Shown here one piece after another: positions 1-12,053 of a stretch of 64,000 bases of DNA. Source of the DNA: an uncultured Gemmataceae bacterium (lineage in GTDB: Bacteria; Planctomycetota; Planctomycetia; Gemmatales; Gemmataceae). The stretch's first letter is position 1, and each line of letters opens with the position of its first letter. The stretch is taken from positions 992,001 to 1,056,000 of the forward strand of contig CAVVPN010000004.1 of the NCBI GenBank assembly GCA_963750165.1. The letters are read 5' to 3'. The translations under genes were made by a program, and so were the position numbers. The notes under the pieces were generated by a model. That model made no database searches. It worked only from the letters and a program-made list of their open reading frames with translations, and was not told where the DNA came from.

Positions 1-1554
1 GTTCGCACTCGTTTTGCCCCCAGTCCGACCGGTTACCTGCACATCGGCGGCGTTCGCACGGCCCTGTTCAACTGGCTGTTCGCCCGCAAGCATGGCGGCC
101 AGTTCATCCTGCGCATCGACGACACCGATCAGCAGCGCAACGTCGCCGAGGCGCTGCAGCCGATCCTGGACGGTTTCCGCTGGCTCGGCCTCCACTGGGA
201 CGAGGGGGCGGAGGTCGGCGGGCCGCATGGGCCGTATTACCAGTCGCAAAAGCTGGACCGCTACCAGGCGGCAGTGCGGCAGTTGGTCGAGACGGGGCAC
301 GCCTACTGGGACTACGCGACCACCGAGGAACTGGCGGCCGAGCGCGCCGCCGCGGAGGCGGAGAAGCGACCGTTCCTCTACAGCCGCCGTTGGGCCGCTG
401 AGTCACCGGCGCAGCGGGCCGCGTTCGAGGCCGAGGGCCGCAAGGGGGTGGTTCGACTCAAGATGCCGCGCGAGGGGGTTTGCCGCTTCAACGACCTCAT
501 CCGCGGCGCGATGGAGGTCGCATGGGTGCAGGAGCAGGATCACGTTATCCAGCGCACCGACGGCACCGTGCTCTACAACCTGGCGAACGTCGTGGACGAC
601 TTCGACATGCAGATCACGCACGTCATCCGCGCTGAGGAGCACCTGTCGAACACACCAAGGCAGCTTTTCGCCATCGACGCACTCGGCTACCCGCGGCCAG
701 AGTACGCCCATTTACCGTTCGTCGCCGAGCCGGGCAGCAAGAACAAGCTGAGCAAGCGCAAGATCGCGAATTACCTACGCAACCCGGACTTCAAGAAGGT
801 CTACGAGCACGGCAAGGCCATCGCCGACCGCCTTGGTTTGACGACCGCGGCGGAGACGTTCAACCCGGTGATCGTCGATTTCTACGAGCAGGTCGGCTAC
901 CTGCCGGACGCGATCCTCAATTATCTGGTGCTGCTCGGCTGGTCGCTCGACGACCGGACGGAGGAATTTTCGCGGCCGCAGATGATCGAGCAATTTTCGC
1001 TGGAGCGCGTCAACAAGGCGCCGGCCAGCCTGGATGTGAAAAAGCTGTTCGCGTTCCAGGAGCGCTACATGAACCGGCTGCCGGTCACCGACAAGGTGGC
1101 GATGGTGGTGCCGTACCTGCAGCGGGCCGGGCTCGTCCCCGACCCGGTGCCGGACGCGGTGCGTGCGCTGGTGACGCAGGTCGTCACGGAGGTCGGCCAC
1201 CGGCTCATCGTGGCGGGCGACATCCTCAGCTATGAGGATTTCTTTGTCGCCGATGATAAATTAGCTTTCGATGACAAGGCGTTTGACAAGCACGTCCGCA
1301 AACCGGAGGCGGAGCTGCTGCGCAAGCTGCGGGAGTTGGTGGCGGGTGCGGAGCCGTTCGACGCGGCGACGCTGAAGGCGCGGGTGGAGGGGTTCACGCA
1401 GGCCGGGGGGCTGAAAGCGGGGCCGGTCAGCCAGACGCTGCGCGTCGCGGTGACGGGCAAGGAGGTCGGCTTCGGGACGTACGAGACGCTAGCGATTCTC
1501 GGCAGGGAGCGCTGCCTGGCGCGGATGGATCGGGCACTGGGAAAATTGGCTTGA
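1..1554 (+). CDS. gltX: Glutamate--tRNA ligase (5' end lies just before the window)
   Basis: Frame 1 from base 1 reads VRTRFAPSPTGYLHIGG (HIGH motif). RIDDTD and the KLSKR (KMSKS-equivalent) motif are present; continuous with ORF 274..1554. Confidence 0.95.
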   Translation, partial: VRTRFAPSPTGYLHIGGVRTALFNWLFARKHGGQFILRIDDTDQQRNVAEALQPILDGFRWLGLHWDEGAEVGGPHGPYYQSQKLDRYQAAVRQLVETGHAYWDYATTEELAAERAAAEAEKRPFLYSRRWAAESPAQRAAFEAEGRKGVVRLKMPREGVCRFNDLIRGAMEVAWVQEQDHVIQRTDGTVLYNLANVVDDFDMQITHVIRAEEHLSNTPRQLFAIDALGYPRPEYAHLPFVAEPGSKNKLSKRKIANYLRNPDFKKVYEHGKAIADRLGLTTAAETFNPVIVDFYEQVGYLPDAILNYLVLLGWSLDDRTEEFSRPQMIEQFSLERVNKAPASLDVKKLFAFQERYMNRLPVTDKVAMVVPYLQRAGLVPDPVPDAVRALVTQVVTEVGHRLIVAGDILSYEDFFVADDKLAFDDKAFDKHVRKPEAELLRKLRELVAGAEPFDAATLKARVEGFTQAGGLKAGPVSQTLRVAVTGKEVGFGTYETLAILGRERCLARMDRALGKLA

Positions 1555-1557
1555 GTC

Positions 1558-2136
1558 ATGATTCGACAATTGAGCGTTACCTTCATGAGAAATCCATCCA
1601 GGGCCGAACCGGACCTGGCTAACCTGCAAGGCGTGGTAGCGCCGGAGGTTCTCCAGGCGGCCGCAATCGCCTCGAGCAAATTGCGCGAGGCCGGGATTCC
1701 TCACGCGCTCGCGGGAGGATTAGCCGTGGGGGCCCACGGTTATCCGCGCACCACGGACGACGTGGATTTTCTTGTGGGTGATGAGGCGTTCGAGAAACAT
1801 GTTGGTGGTATCGTCATGCTCAGGGTGCCGATCATTGCCGTCGGCAACGTCCGGATCGATTTCGTCTCGATGGACGAGTCAGCAGATGAAGGGAAACCAT
1901 TGCGATCCGCCGTGGAAAATCCACCAGAGAGCGAACATATTCCCATCGTGCCGCTCAGCGCTCTTGTCTACATGAAGCTTAAAGCGGGCCGACAGAAGGA
2001 TCTCGCCGATCTCGTGGAGTTGCTCAAGCGCGGCAGGATCGAAGTCCGCAGCATCGACAATTACCTTGTGATGCACGCCCCTGAGCAAGTGCGCAGGTGG
2101 GAGCAGGTGAAGGCGATTGCTGCAACGGAAGAGTGA
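1558..2136 (+). CDS. Nucleotidyltransferase-superfamily protein (AbiEii/DUF1814-like)
   Basis: [21 protein letters not shown] (GG...RxTxDxD) and C-terminal [13 protein letters not shown]. Start could be 1585. Confidence 0.7.
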   Translation: MIRQLSVTFMRNPSRAEPDLANLQGVVAPEVLQAAAIASSKLREAGIPHALAGGLAVGAHGYPRTTDDVDFLVGDEAFEKHVGGIVMLRVPIIAVGNVRIDFVSMDESADEGKPLRSAVENPPESEHIPIVPLSALVYMKLKAGRQKDLADLVELLKRGRIEVRSIDNYLVMHAPEQVRRWEQVKAIAATEE

Positions 2137-2180
2137 CCAATCCTCTCATCGACGCTGGCAAACACGTGGAGTTAATATAC

Positions 2181-3888
<1,708 letters not shown>

Positions 3889-3898
3889 CAGGACACAA

Positions 3899-4003
3899 AG
3901 GATTAGCCACAGAGGACACAGAGAACACAGAGAGAAAGAGAGGAGACGGGATACTCCTCCTCTCTTTCTCTCTGTGTTCTCTGTGTCCTCTGTGGCTAAT
4001 CCT
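3899..4003. repeat. Long inverted repeat (about 42-bp perfect arms) built from 9-mer units; probable bidirectional terminator or REP-like element
   Basis: aggattagccacagaggacacagagaacacagagagaaagag and its exact reverse complement lie between convergent glnS and the sulfatase gene. Confidence 0.85.
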
Positions 4004-5333
4004 ATTGTGCGCCCTTCTTGCCCGCGCTCCACAAAGGCGGCACATTTGAGGAGTTCCAGCGTTCCCAGTCCGCCCGCATGGCGCGCACTCGCTCCGGCTG
4101 CGCCGCCGCCAGATCCTTGCTCTCGCCGATGTCGTCCTTCAGGTTGTACAGGTGGACGCCGGTCTTGTCGTACTGCACCAGCTTCCAGTCGCCGTGCCGC
4201 ACCGCGAACTGCTCGCCGAAGCGCCAGAACAAATATTCGTGCGGCGCCCCCGCCTTCTTGCCCTCCAGGTACGGCAACAGGTTGACGCCGTCAATCTTCA
4301 GCTTCTCCGGCACCTTGCCGCCCGCGGCGGCCAGCACCGTTGGCAAAATGTCCAGCTGGATGATGGGCTGGTCATACGTCTTGCCGCCCGGCAGCCGCGC
4401 CTTCCACTGCAGCACGAACGGCACGCGCACGCCCCCTTCGAGCAGCTGCCGCTTGGAGCCGCGCAGCGGGAAATTCCGCGAGCCGTTGATCGTCGTGCCA
4501 ATCATCGTGGGACCGCCGTTGTCGCTGAAGAAGAAAATCAGCGTGTCGTCCTCCAGGCCCTTCTCGCGCAACTTCGCCATCACCTTGCCGATGGCGTCAT
4601 CCATCGCCGACAGCATCGCCGCGTAGGTGCGCCGCTGCTTGTCCTTGATGTTCGGGAAACGCTCCAGATACTTGTCCGTCGCCTGCATCGGCGTATGCAC
4701 CGCGTTGAACGCCAGGTAGAGGAAAAACGGCTCCCTGTCGTGACGGTCGATGAAGTCCACCGCCTCGCGGGCCAGGGCGTCCGTCAGGTACTCCTTCTCC
4801 TCAACCTCTCTGGTGCCGCGCTGAATCGGCACGCCCTTGCCGGCGAAATAGGGGTGCGCGCCGCCGAGGAAGCCGAAGAACTCCTGAAAGCCGCGCTCCG
4901 TCGGGTGCATCTTCGGTTGCCCGCCCAGGTGCCACTTGCCGACCAGGCCCGTGGCGTAGCCGAGCTGCCGCATCAGGTTCGCCAACGTCACCTCCGTCGT
5001 CGGCAGCCCCTGCTTGCCGCCGCCGGGGTTGAACTCGTGGCCGAAGCGGTTCTGGTAACGACCAGTCATCAGGCCGGCGCGCGTCGGGCTGCAGTACGGG
5101 CCGGAGACGTAGCCGTTCGTGAAGCGGACGCCCTGGCGGGCCAGCCTGTCGATGTTGGGCGTCGGGATGTCCTTGCAGCCGTGGAAGCCGGTGTCGGCGA
5201 AGCCCAGGTCGTCGGCCAGCAGGATGACGATGTTCGGCTTCTTCGCCTGCTTCTGGGCGAGCACGGGCTGGCCGTTGGCCAGCAGCAGCGCCACGGCGGC
5301 CAGGCCGAGCAGCGCGATGTGTGCGGAGCGCAT
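4002..5333 (-). CDS. Secreted arylsulfatase-family sulfatase (Cys-type)
   Basis: Signal peptide; PNIVILLADDLG; CSPTRAGLMTG (CxPxR); GKWHLG; FFSDNGG. Confidence 0.93.
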   Translation of the reverse strand: MRSAHIALLGLAAVALLLANGQPVLAQKQAKKPNIVILLADDLGFADTGFHGCKDIPTPNIDRLARQGVRFTNGYVSGPYCSPTRAGLMTGRYQNRFGHEFNPGGGKQGLPTTEVTLANLMRQLGYATGLVGKWHLGGQPKMHPTERGFQEFFGFLGGAHPYFAGKGVPIQRGTREVEEKEYLTDALAREAVDFIDRHDREPFFLYLAFNAVHTPMQATDKYLERFPNIKDKQRRTYAAMLSAMDDAIGKVMAKLREKGLEDDTLIFFFSDNGGPTMIGTTINGSRNFPLRGSKRQLLEGGVRVPFVLQWKARLPGGKTYDQPIIQLDILPTVLAAAGGKVPEKLKIDGVNLLPYLEGKKAGAPHEYLFWRFGEQFAVRHGDWKLVQYDKTGVHLYNLKDDIGESKDLAAAQPERVRAMRADWERWNSSNVPPLWSAGKKGAQ

Positions 5334-5360
5334 CAGTGTTTCTCCTTGACGCCGGATCGG

Positions 5361-6581
5361 TCAGCGGGGCGACTGCACGCAGCGGAAGCCGATGTGCGAC
5401 GCTGCACTGGTAGGCTCGCCCTTGCCGCGGGCGCCCGCCACGTAAGCGATGCAGTAGTTGTTGCAGCACAAAAACGATCCGCCGCGCTGCACCCGCTTGG
5501 GCAACGGTTCATGGGGATCGTGACTGACCGCCGGCCCCTGCGGGTTGATCTGTGGACCGAGTACGGGGTAACCGGGCTGATACCAGTCGCTGCACCATTC
5601 CCAGACATTGCCCGACATGTCGTGCAGACCGAATCGGTTCGCGGGGAACGAGCCGACCGGCGCCGTCCCCACGTAGCCGTCTTCCTTGGTGTTCGTCGTC
5701 GGGAAATTCCCGTCCCAGATGTTGGCCATACACTTGTCTTCAGGGAACTGCTCATCGCCCCAGTAAAAGTCCTTGCGGTCCAGGCCGCCGCGGGCGGCGA
5801 ACTCCCACTCAGCCTCGGTCGGCAGTCGCTTGCCGGCCCACTTGCAATACACCAGGGCGTCCAGGTAGCAAATATGCACGACCGGGTGGTTCTCTCGTCC
5901 TTTCAAGTCGCTGCCCGGACCCTCGGGGTGGCGCCAGCAGGCCCTCTTGACGTCCTTGAACCAGGGGATCTGTTCGTTCGCGCCGTCCTGCTTCCGCGGG
6001 TCGGGCTCGAAGACGATCGAGAACGGCTCCAGGGGCTCCAGGACCTTGTAGACCCCGTGCCAGGGGAGCGCGGCCGGAAACGGCTGGGTCGGCACCACGC
6101 TCAGGAGCCCCATCCGTTGATTAAACAGCATCTTCGGGAAGTCCTTCAGGTTCGGGACGCACTCGGCGTAGGTTTTGTAGCCGGTCGCTTTCACAAACTT
6201 CGCGAACTGGGCGTTGGTCACCTCCGTCTTATCCATCCAGAAGCCGTCCACGGTGACCAGATGCACCGGCTGGGCGTCCTTGAAATGGTCCGAGCCCATG
6301 TAAAACCGGCCGCCAGGAACCCACACCATGCCCTCGGGCGCCAGTCCGGGCGGTTCGTCGGCGTTGACGTATGTTTCTTCCGCCCAGGTTTTGGTATTCG
6401 GAAAGAGGGCGTCGCGGAAATGGTAGCCAGCGTAGGCCAGGCCGCCCACCACGAGCACCGCGGTGAGCACCATCAGGTAACGCCGCCAGTGGGTCTTCCA
6501 CGACGGCAACAGCGGCTGCGGCTGACTCTGCTGGAACTGGCGAGCCTGCCGCACGCGCCGGCTGCTGGGTTTGGGTTTCAT
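5361..6581 (-). CDS. Formylglycine-generating-enzyme (SUMF1/FGE-sulfatase) domain protein, membrane-anchored
   Basis: RLPTEAEWEFAARGG, ANRFGLHDMSGNVWEW, RGGSFLC, HIGFRC; N-terminal TM segment. Confidence 0.92.
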   Translation of the reverse strand: MKPKPSSRRVRQARQFQQSQPQPLLPSWKTHWRRYLMVLTAVLVVGGLAYAGYHFRDALFPNTKTWAEETYVNADEPPGLAPEGMVWVPGGRFYMGSDHFKDAQPVHLVTVDGFWMDKTEVTNAQFAKFVKATGYKTYAECVPNLKDFPKMLFNQRMGLLSVVPTQPFPAALPWHGVYKVLEPLEPFSIVFEPDPRKQDGANEQIPWFKDVKRACWRHPEGPGSDLKGRENHPVVHICYLDALVYCKWAGKRLPTEAEWEFAARGGLDRKDFYWGDEQFPEDKCMANIWDGNFPTTNTKEDGYVGTAPVGSFPANRFGLHDMSGNVWEWCSDWYQPGYPVLGPQINPQGPAVSHDPHEPLPKRVQRGGSFLCCNNYCIAYVAGARGKGEPTSAASHIGFRCVQSPR

Positions 6582-6798
6582 CAGTCCACCTCGTCACGAA
6601 GAAGCGTTCGCACGCCGCGGACAGCAGGCGAAGCGTAGCCGTCGCGGTCGTGGAGCGAAGCCGGTTGGGTGACGCTATTGTACAGAGACGGCGCGGGCGT
6701 CAGACGGACGGCGTCACCTTTTTTGTTGGGCGCCGGCCATAGCGGTTTGGCCAGGCCCGCGTTCCACTTGTCGTTGGCCGCCTGCGATGTAGGTCAAC

Positions 6799-7206
6799 TT
6801 GCAGATCGACCCGGACAAGGCAACCAAGGTGTGGATGCCAGCGGTCGGGCCAGAGGAACCGATTTACCGATTCTGGTCCGTCGCGGATTACGAAAAAGAG
6901 ATCGCATCCCCTTACCACTTTGGCCAGGAGGGGGTGCCGTTCACTGTCTTCCAGGCGGTCGGCCCGCAGTCGCCGGAGGTGCTCCGGGGGCTCGCCACGG
7001 CGTTGAAAAGCCCCCACGGGGTCGTTCGCACCAAGGCCGCCGTCTTGTTGAGCCGCATGGGGACCGAGGCCCGCGCCGCTGTTCCCCTCTTGCTCCCCCT
7101 GTTGCGCGACACCTACAGCCCCACGCGCCGGGCAGCTGCGGAGGTACTCGGACGCATCGACCCCAATGCATTGAAGAAGGCAGTCCCCCAGGGAGGCAAC
7201 CGATGA
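6799..7206 (+). CDS. HEAT-repeat-containing protein (possibly a fragment)
   Basis: VRTKAAVLLSRMG and TRRAAAEVLGRID HEAT-like helices. The stop overlaps the next ATG; start uncertain. Confidence 0.5.
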   Translation: MQIDPDKATKVWMPAVGPEEPIYRFWSVADYEKEIASPYHFGQEGVPFTVFQAVGPQSPEVLRGLATALKSPHGVVRTKAAVLLSRMGTEARAAVPLLLPLLRDTYSPTRRAAAEVLGRIDPNALKKAVPQGGNR

Positions 7207-7430
7207 CCGTTTCGACCTCAATCTCAATGAGCGTTCGCGCGCTCGCCGTGGCGGTGGGGTGGCTCCTCATGGGGGGGACAGCGCCGGCCCAGCAGCCGGC
7301 CCTTGTGAAGAAGACGCATACCTACAAGACCGTCGGCAAGGTGGCGGTGCAGGCGGACGTGTATCGGCCGGACGACGCCAAGGTGCGGCCGGTGCTGGTG
7401 TGGATCCACGGCGGCGCCCTGATCTCTTGT
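7203..7430 (+). pseudogene. Truncated secreted alpha/beta hydrolase (esterase)
   Basis: Signal peptide, then TYKTVGK...ADVYRP...PVLVWIHGGALI. Homology breaks off immediately before a palindromic element. Confidence 0.7.
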
Positions 7431-7434
7431 TCCT

Positions 7435-7497
7435 GGTCGGAGCCCGAGCGCCAGCGAGGGGCAAAGCGTGCCTCTCGCTGGCGCTCGGGCTCCGACC
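7435..7497. repeat. REP-like palindrome (family A)
   Basis: ggtcggagcccgagcgccagcgag...ctcgctggcgctcgggctccgacc; related copy at 17326-17359. Confidence 0.8.
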
Positions 7498-7525
7498 TAC
7501 CACGAACATTCCTGGCGATTTGGTA

Positions 7526-8728
7526 TCAGGCCGCCTGCCGCGCCGACCCCAGTGCCACAGGCACCGCTGCGGCCGGCCGCCGATAGGTCCAGGCCAGCCG
7601 CACCGCCTGGCCGCCCAGGAACAGCAGCGCCCCCAGAGCCTGGAAGGCGTGTTCCCGGGCGAACACGCGGCCGCGCTCGCCCACCAGGTCCGACACCAGC
7701 GGCCCCGTCAGCAGCAGACTCGCCAGCAGCAACGCCCGCCACGGCCAGTTCGCCGGCCCCGACCACGCCGCCACCAGCAGCCACGCCAGCGGCACGGCCA
7801 GCACGACATAGGTGACGGGCTCTGTCGCCGGCCCGAACAGCGCCACCCAGACGCAGAACAGCACGAAGGTTTCCGTCAGCAACGCCCGCTGCCCCGGCGC
7901 CCGTCGCGCCAGCCACAGGCACAACGCCAGCACGACGCCACCGGCCAGCACGCCGAGCAGGGCGAACGTCAGCGGCGACAGTGGTTGGAGGTAGACCGCA
8001 CAGAAGTGGTCGAAGCTGCGCCAGCGCCAGCGCAACAGTGGAGCGTCGGGGCTCTCCAGCAAGTGGGCCCACCAGCTCCGATACTGCCAGGCAACCACGT
8101 CCGGCCAGTGCGTGGCGAACGGCAGCGCCAGCCCCACGCCCAGGGCGACCGCGAACCGCCCGGCGAACTGACGGTAGCACACGACGGCGAGCAGCAGCGC
8201 CAGCGCCAGCGGATAGGTCTTGATGAGCGTGGCCGCGGCGAGGTAGGCGGCGGCCCGGTTCCACTTGCCGTCGGCGGCGCGGGCCAGGCCGAGCAACATA
8301 CAGCCCAGCATCAGCAGGTTGGCCTGGCCGTTGTACATGCACGGCATCGACAGCGGCAGCACCAGCAGGAAGAAGGCCGCGCTCTGGGTCCGGTCCCAGG
8401 TGAGCGGTAGCAACCGCCGGGCCGCCGCCCCCAGGCCACAGGCGAAGACGCCGAGGTTGAACAGCTTCCACAGTGGGCCGCCCAGGAAATCGGGCAGCAC
8501 CGCGAACGGCGTCAGGGCGATGGCGAACAGGGGGCTGTAGCGGTAGTAGTCCAGGCGGAAGAGGTACAGGTCCTCGGCCACCCACCACGCCCGGGCCGGC
8601 GGGGCGTAGATTGGATAAACGGAGTGGGACAGGGGGAAGAGGCTGGCGTGGATGGCGATCAGCGCCGCCAGCAGGCCCCACACCGCCCAGGCAATGCCGG
8701 GCAGGCGGCCGCGCAGGCTCATCAACAT
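7526..8728 (-). CDS. Glycosyltransferase family 87 (DUF2029) integral membrane protein
   Basis: YRYSPLFA, NGQANLL, AATLIKTYP; many TM segments. Confidence 0.85.
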   Translation of the reverse strand: MLMSLRGRLPGIAWAVWGLLAALIAIHASLFPLSHSVYPIYAPPARAWWVAEDLYLFRLDYYRYSPLFAIALTPFAVLPDFLGGPLWKLFNLGVFACGLGAAARRLLPLTWDRTQSAAFFLLVLPLSMPCMYNGQANLLMLGCMLLGLARAADGKWNRAAAYLAAATLIKTYPLALALLLAVVCYRQFAGRFAVALGVGLALPFATHWPDVVAWQYRSWWAHLLESPDAPLLRWRWRSFDHFCAVYLQPLSPLTFALLGVLAGGVVLALCLWLARRAPGQRALLTETFVLFCVWVALFGPATEPVTYVVLAVPLAWLLVAAWSGPANWPWRALLLASLLLTGPLVSDLVGERGRVFAREHAFQALGALLFLGGQAVRLAWTYRRPAAAVPVALGSARQAA

Positions 8729-8965
8729 GGTGCAATTCCTTTGGTGCTTTCCAGGTGCCGGCCCTTTCATCGGCCGCCCCCACCTTGCGCCGCCACTGGA
8801 AATCGTTCAGTTCGCCAGGACGGGGTCTGCGTCGGGCGCACACCGCCGGTTTTGCTGAAGCGACTTGATTCGTTCTGACGATTGAGTTAAAGGCCATCCC
8901 CTGTCCGGGCAGGCATTGCCGCGCCGCCCCTTTGACCCGCCTGCCCTCGAACGTGAGGACCACCC

Positions 8966-9811
8966 ATGCAGCCCGACACCGACGCCCAGGAGCCGGACCC
9001 AGCCTTGACCAGTTTGGTTTTCCCCGTGTACAACGCGGAACCGCTGGTGCGTGCTACCTGGGAACGTGTGCGGGCCTTCCTGGGCGCGGCCCCGGGAACC
9101 TGGGAAGTCCTGTTCGTGTGCGATGGTTGCAGCGATGACACCGAGCCCACCTTGCGGGAGCTGACGCGCGACGCCGGTGAGCGCGTGCGGGTGCTGTCCT
9201 ACGACCGCAATCGCGGTAAGGGCTACGCCGTCCGCCACGGACTGCAGGCGGCGCGCGGCCAGTGGCGAGTGTTCACCGATGTGGACCTTGCCTATCGCTT
9301 CGAGGACGTGGTACGACTGGCGCAAACGCTGTGGGCCGGGGCGGAGGTGGTGATTGCGTCGCGGCACCATCCGGACAGCCGGCTGATGCTGCCGCCCAAC
9401 TTGCAGGGCTATTTTTACCGCCGGCACCTGCAAAGCCTGGTGTTCTCGCGGCTGGTGCGCTGGCTGCTGCCGCTGTCGCTCGGCGACACGCAGGCGGGCC
9501 TCAAGGGCCTGAGTGCCCGTGCCGCCGGCCTGATGCTGCCGCACCTGCGCTGCCGGGGCTTCGGCTTCGACTGCGAACTGCTGACGGCGTGCGTCCGCTT
9601 CGGCCTGGCGGTGACCGAGGTGCCGGTGTGCGTCCGCTACGAGGACCGGACCACGACGACCACGCTGCGCAGCACTGGCCGCATGGTGCGCGAGCTGTGG
9701 AAAATCCGCCGGCGCTGGCGGCGCTTCTCGCCGCCGGCACCCGTGCTCGCCCCGAAAGCTGCCGTTAAGCAGGAGCAACCCCTTTGCAAGGCCAACGCTA
9801 TCTTGTCGTGA
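8966..9811 (+). CDS. GT2 polyprenyl-phosphate glycosyltransferase-like protein
   Basis: VFPVYN, CDGCSDDT, NRGKGYAVRHG, FTDVD, DTQAGLKG, GFGFDCELL. Confidence 0.9.
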   Translation: MQPDTDAQEPDPALTSLVFPVYNAEPLVRATWERVRAFLGAAPGTWEVLFVCDGCSDDTEPTLRELTRDAGERVRVLSYDRNRGKGYAVRHGLQAARGQWRVFTDVDLAYRFEDVVRLAQTLWAGAEVVIASRHHPDSRLMLPPNLQGYFYRRHLQSLVFSRLVRWLLPLSLGDTQAGLKGLSARAAGLMLPHLRCRGFGFDCELLTACVRFGLAVTEVPVCVRYEDRTTTTTLRSTGRMVRELWKIRRRWRRFSPPAPVLAPKAAVKQEQPLCKANAILS

Positions 9812-10689
9812 CGGCGGACGATTTCGGCATCGGCCCGGCCACGACGCACGGCATCCTTGACCTGGCCGCCCAGGGGCTGGTCACCGCCACAGTGCTGCTG
9901 GTCAACTCCCCCCACGCCGAATACGCGGTGCGCGCCTGGCGCCAGAGCGGCGCCGTCCTCGAAGTCGGCTGGCACCCCTGTCTGACGCTGGACCGCCCCG
10001 TGTTGCCGGCCGCCGAGGTGCCCACGCTTGTCGATGCCGCCGGCGCATTTTTGCCGCTGGGCCGCTTCCTGCGCCGCCTGCTCGTGGGCCGCGTCAATGC
10101 CGGGCAGGTGGCGGCGGAACTGCGGGCCCAGTATCGGCGTTTCCTCGACCTGATCGGCCGGCCGCCGGTCGTCGTCAACGCCCATCATCATGTGCAGGTG
10201 TTCCCGACGGTTGGCCGCGCCCTGCTCGACCTGCTGGGGCAACAGCGGCCGCTGCCGTACTTCCGCCAGTTGCGCGAACCGTGGCGGACCCTGCAGCGCG
10301 TGCCCGGTTCGCGGCTCAAGCGGGTGGTGCTGTCAACCCTGGGCCGGCGGTTGGCGCGGCGGCAGCGTGACGTGGGTTTCCCCGGTAACGACTGGCTCGC
10401 CGGCATCAGTGATCCTGTGTACGTCGCTGACCCGCACTTCCTGGTGCGCTGGCTGCGGCACACGCCCGGCCGGGTCGTCGAACTGATGTGCCACCCGGGC
10501 TACCCCGACCGGACGCTGCTGGGCCGCGATGCCACCGCGGATGACGGCCAACTGGAGCGGCGCGTCTGCGAGTACCAGCTGTTGCAGCAGCCGCGGTTTT
10601 TGCAGGCCTGTCACGATGCGGGCTTTCGCCTGGTGGCGCCGTCCGGCGTCGGCCCGCAGCTGAGTGAGGTGGAGCCGCATGCCGCCTGA
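9784..10689 (+). CDS. YdjC/ChbG/HpnK-family carbohydrate deacetylase
   Basis: VVTADDFG, GWHPCLT, NAHHHVQ, ELMCHPG. Confidence 0.88.
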   Translation: MQGQRYLVVTADDFGIGPATTHGILDLAAQGLVTATVLLVNSPHAEYAVRAWRQSGAVLEVGWHPCLTLDRPVLPAAEVPTLVDAAGAFLPLGRFLRRLLVGRVNAGQVAAELRAQYRRFLDLIGRPPVVVNAHHHVQVFPTVGRALLDLLGQQRPLPYFRQLREPWRTLQRVPGSRLKRVVLSTLGRRLARRQRDVGFPGNDWLAGISDPVYVADPHFLVRWLRHTPGRVVELMCHPGYPDRTLLGRDATADDGQLERRVCEYQLLQQPRFLQACHDAGFRLVAPSGVGPQLSEVEPHAA

Positions 10690-11904
10690 GCACGCCCAGA
10701 CCGTTTCCCGCCCGCTCGCCATCGACTGGCCCCGCCTGTGGCCGCGCGTGGTGATGGGCTTGTGGGTCATCGTGGTGGTCGTGTGCTGTCTGCGTGCCAG
10801 CCTGTCTTCACGGCAGCGCAGCGTCTACCCCATCTTCGCCGCCGCCGCCCAGCACTGGCTCGCTGGCGCCGAGGTGTACGTCACCGGCGACGCACCCTAC
10901 CGCTACAGCCCGCTGGTGACGGTGCTGCTGACGCCCTTCGGCCTGCTGCCTTATCCGCCCGGCGTCGTCCTCTGGCAGCTGCTCAACGTGGCGGTGCTAC
11001 TCGCCGGGCTGACGGCGTGGTGCCGACATGTGCTGCCGCGCGACCTGGGCGCTGCCGCACGGCGATGTTCTTCGTGCTGATGCTGCCGGAGGTGGCCGCC
11101 AACGTCAACAACGGGCAGAGCAACTGTCTGCTACTGGGCCTGATGCTGCTGGCGGTGGCGGCGGTGGTGCGGCGCGACTGGACGCCCGCGGCGCTCTTCC
11201 TGGCGCTGGCGACGCTGGTCAAGATCTACCCACTGGCCCTGGCGCTGGTGCTGATCGGCCTGGCGCCGCCGCGGTTCGGCTGGCGCTACCTCGTTCTGGT
11301 GGCGCTGGGCCTGGCACTGCCGCTCTGCTGCCAGGATCCGCTGTACGCGCAGTCGCAGTACGGCAGCTGGTTCGAGCATTTGCGCTCGGACGAGCGCTCG
11401 GAGCGATCCATTGAGGTGATGTATCGCGACGTGCGGTTACTGTGCCGGGCCGTGGGCCTGGAGGTGTCGCCACCGGCGTATCTGCTGCTGCAGACGCTCA
11501 GCGGCACGGCGCTGTTCGGACTGGGTCTGCTGGTGCGGCGCGACTGGGACCGGCCACGGCTGTATCGCTGGCTGTTCGGCCTGGTGTGCTGCTGGATGAC
11601 GGTGTGCGGCACCGCCACCGAGTCGTGTACCTACTTGCTGGCGGCGCCGGCGCTGGCCTGGGGCCTGGTGGAGCCACGCCGCGGTCGGTCGGGCTGGCTG
11701 GCGGCGGGCCTGATGACCGGTAGTGCCGTGCTGTTGCTGGCGTGCCAGGTGTCCGCCTGGTGGCCGGGCGGCAACCGCTTCCATGCACTGGGGCCGCACC
11801 CCCTGGCCGGTGTGCTGCTGACGGCGGGGCTGCTGTTGCCGGAACTACCCGCATTGTTCAGACGGGGCGAGCTGACGCCGCGCCGCTCGCACCTTGTCTC
11901 CTGA
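10679..11904 (+). CDS. Glycosyltransferase family 87 protein, apparent frameshift near 11050
   Basis: The N-part (YRYSPLV) and C-part (NNGQSN, LATLVKIYP) are in different frames; paralog of 7526..8728. Confidence 0.8.
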
Positions 11905-12053
11905 ATTGCGCCGACTGCCTTTTTCCCTCAAGTCCGCCGCCTTCCCGCGTCGATGGGGGAGAGGGATGACCCCTCTTCACCGAGGGCGTGAATGCGTGGC
12001 CGCATTCCTCCGCACCCTTGAACGACCGCTGTGCCCCTTGACCGGAATGACCC

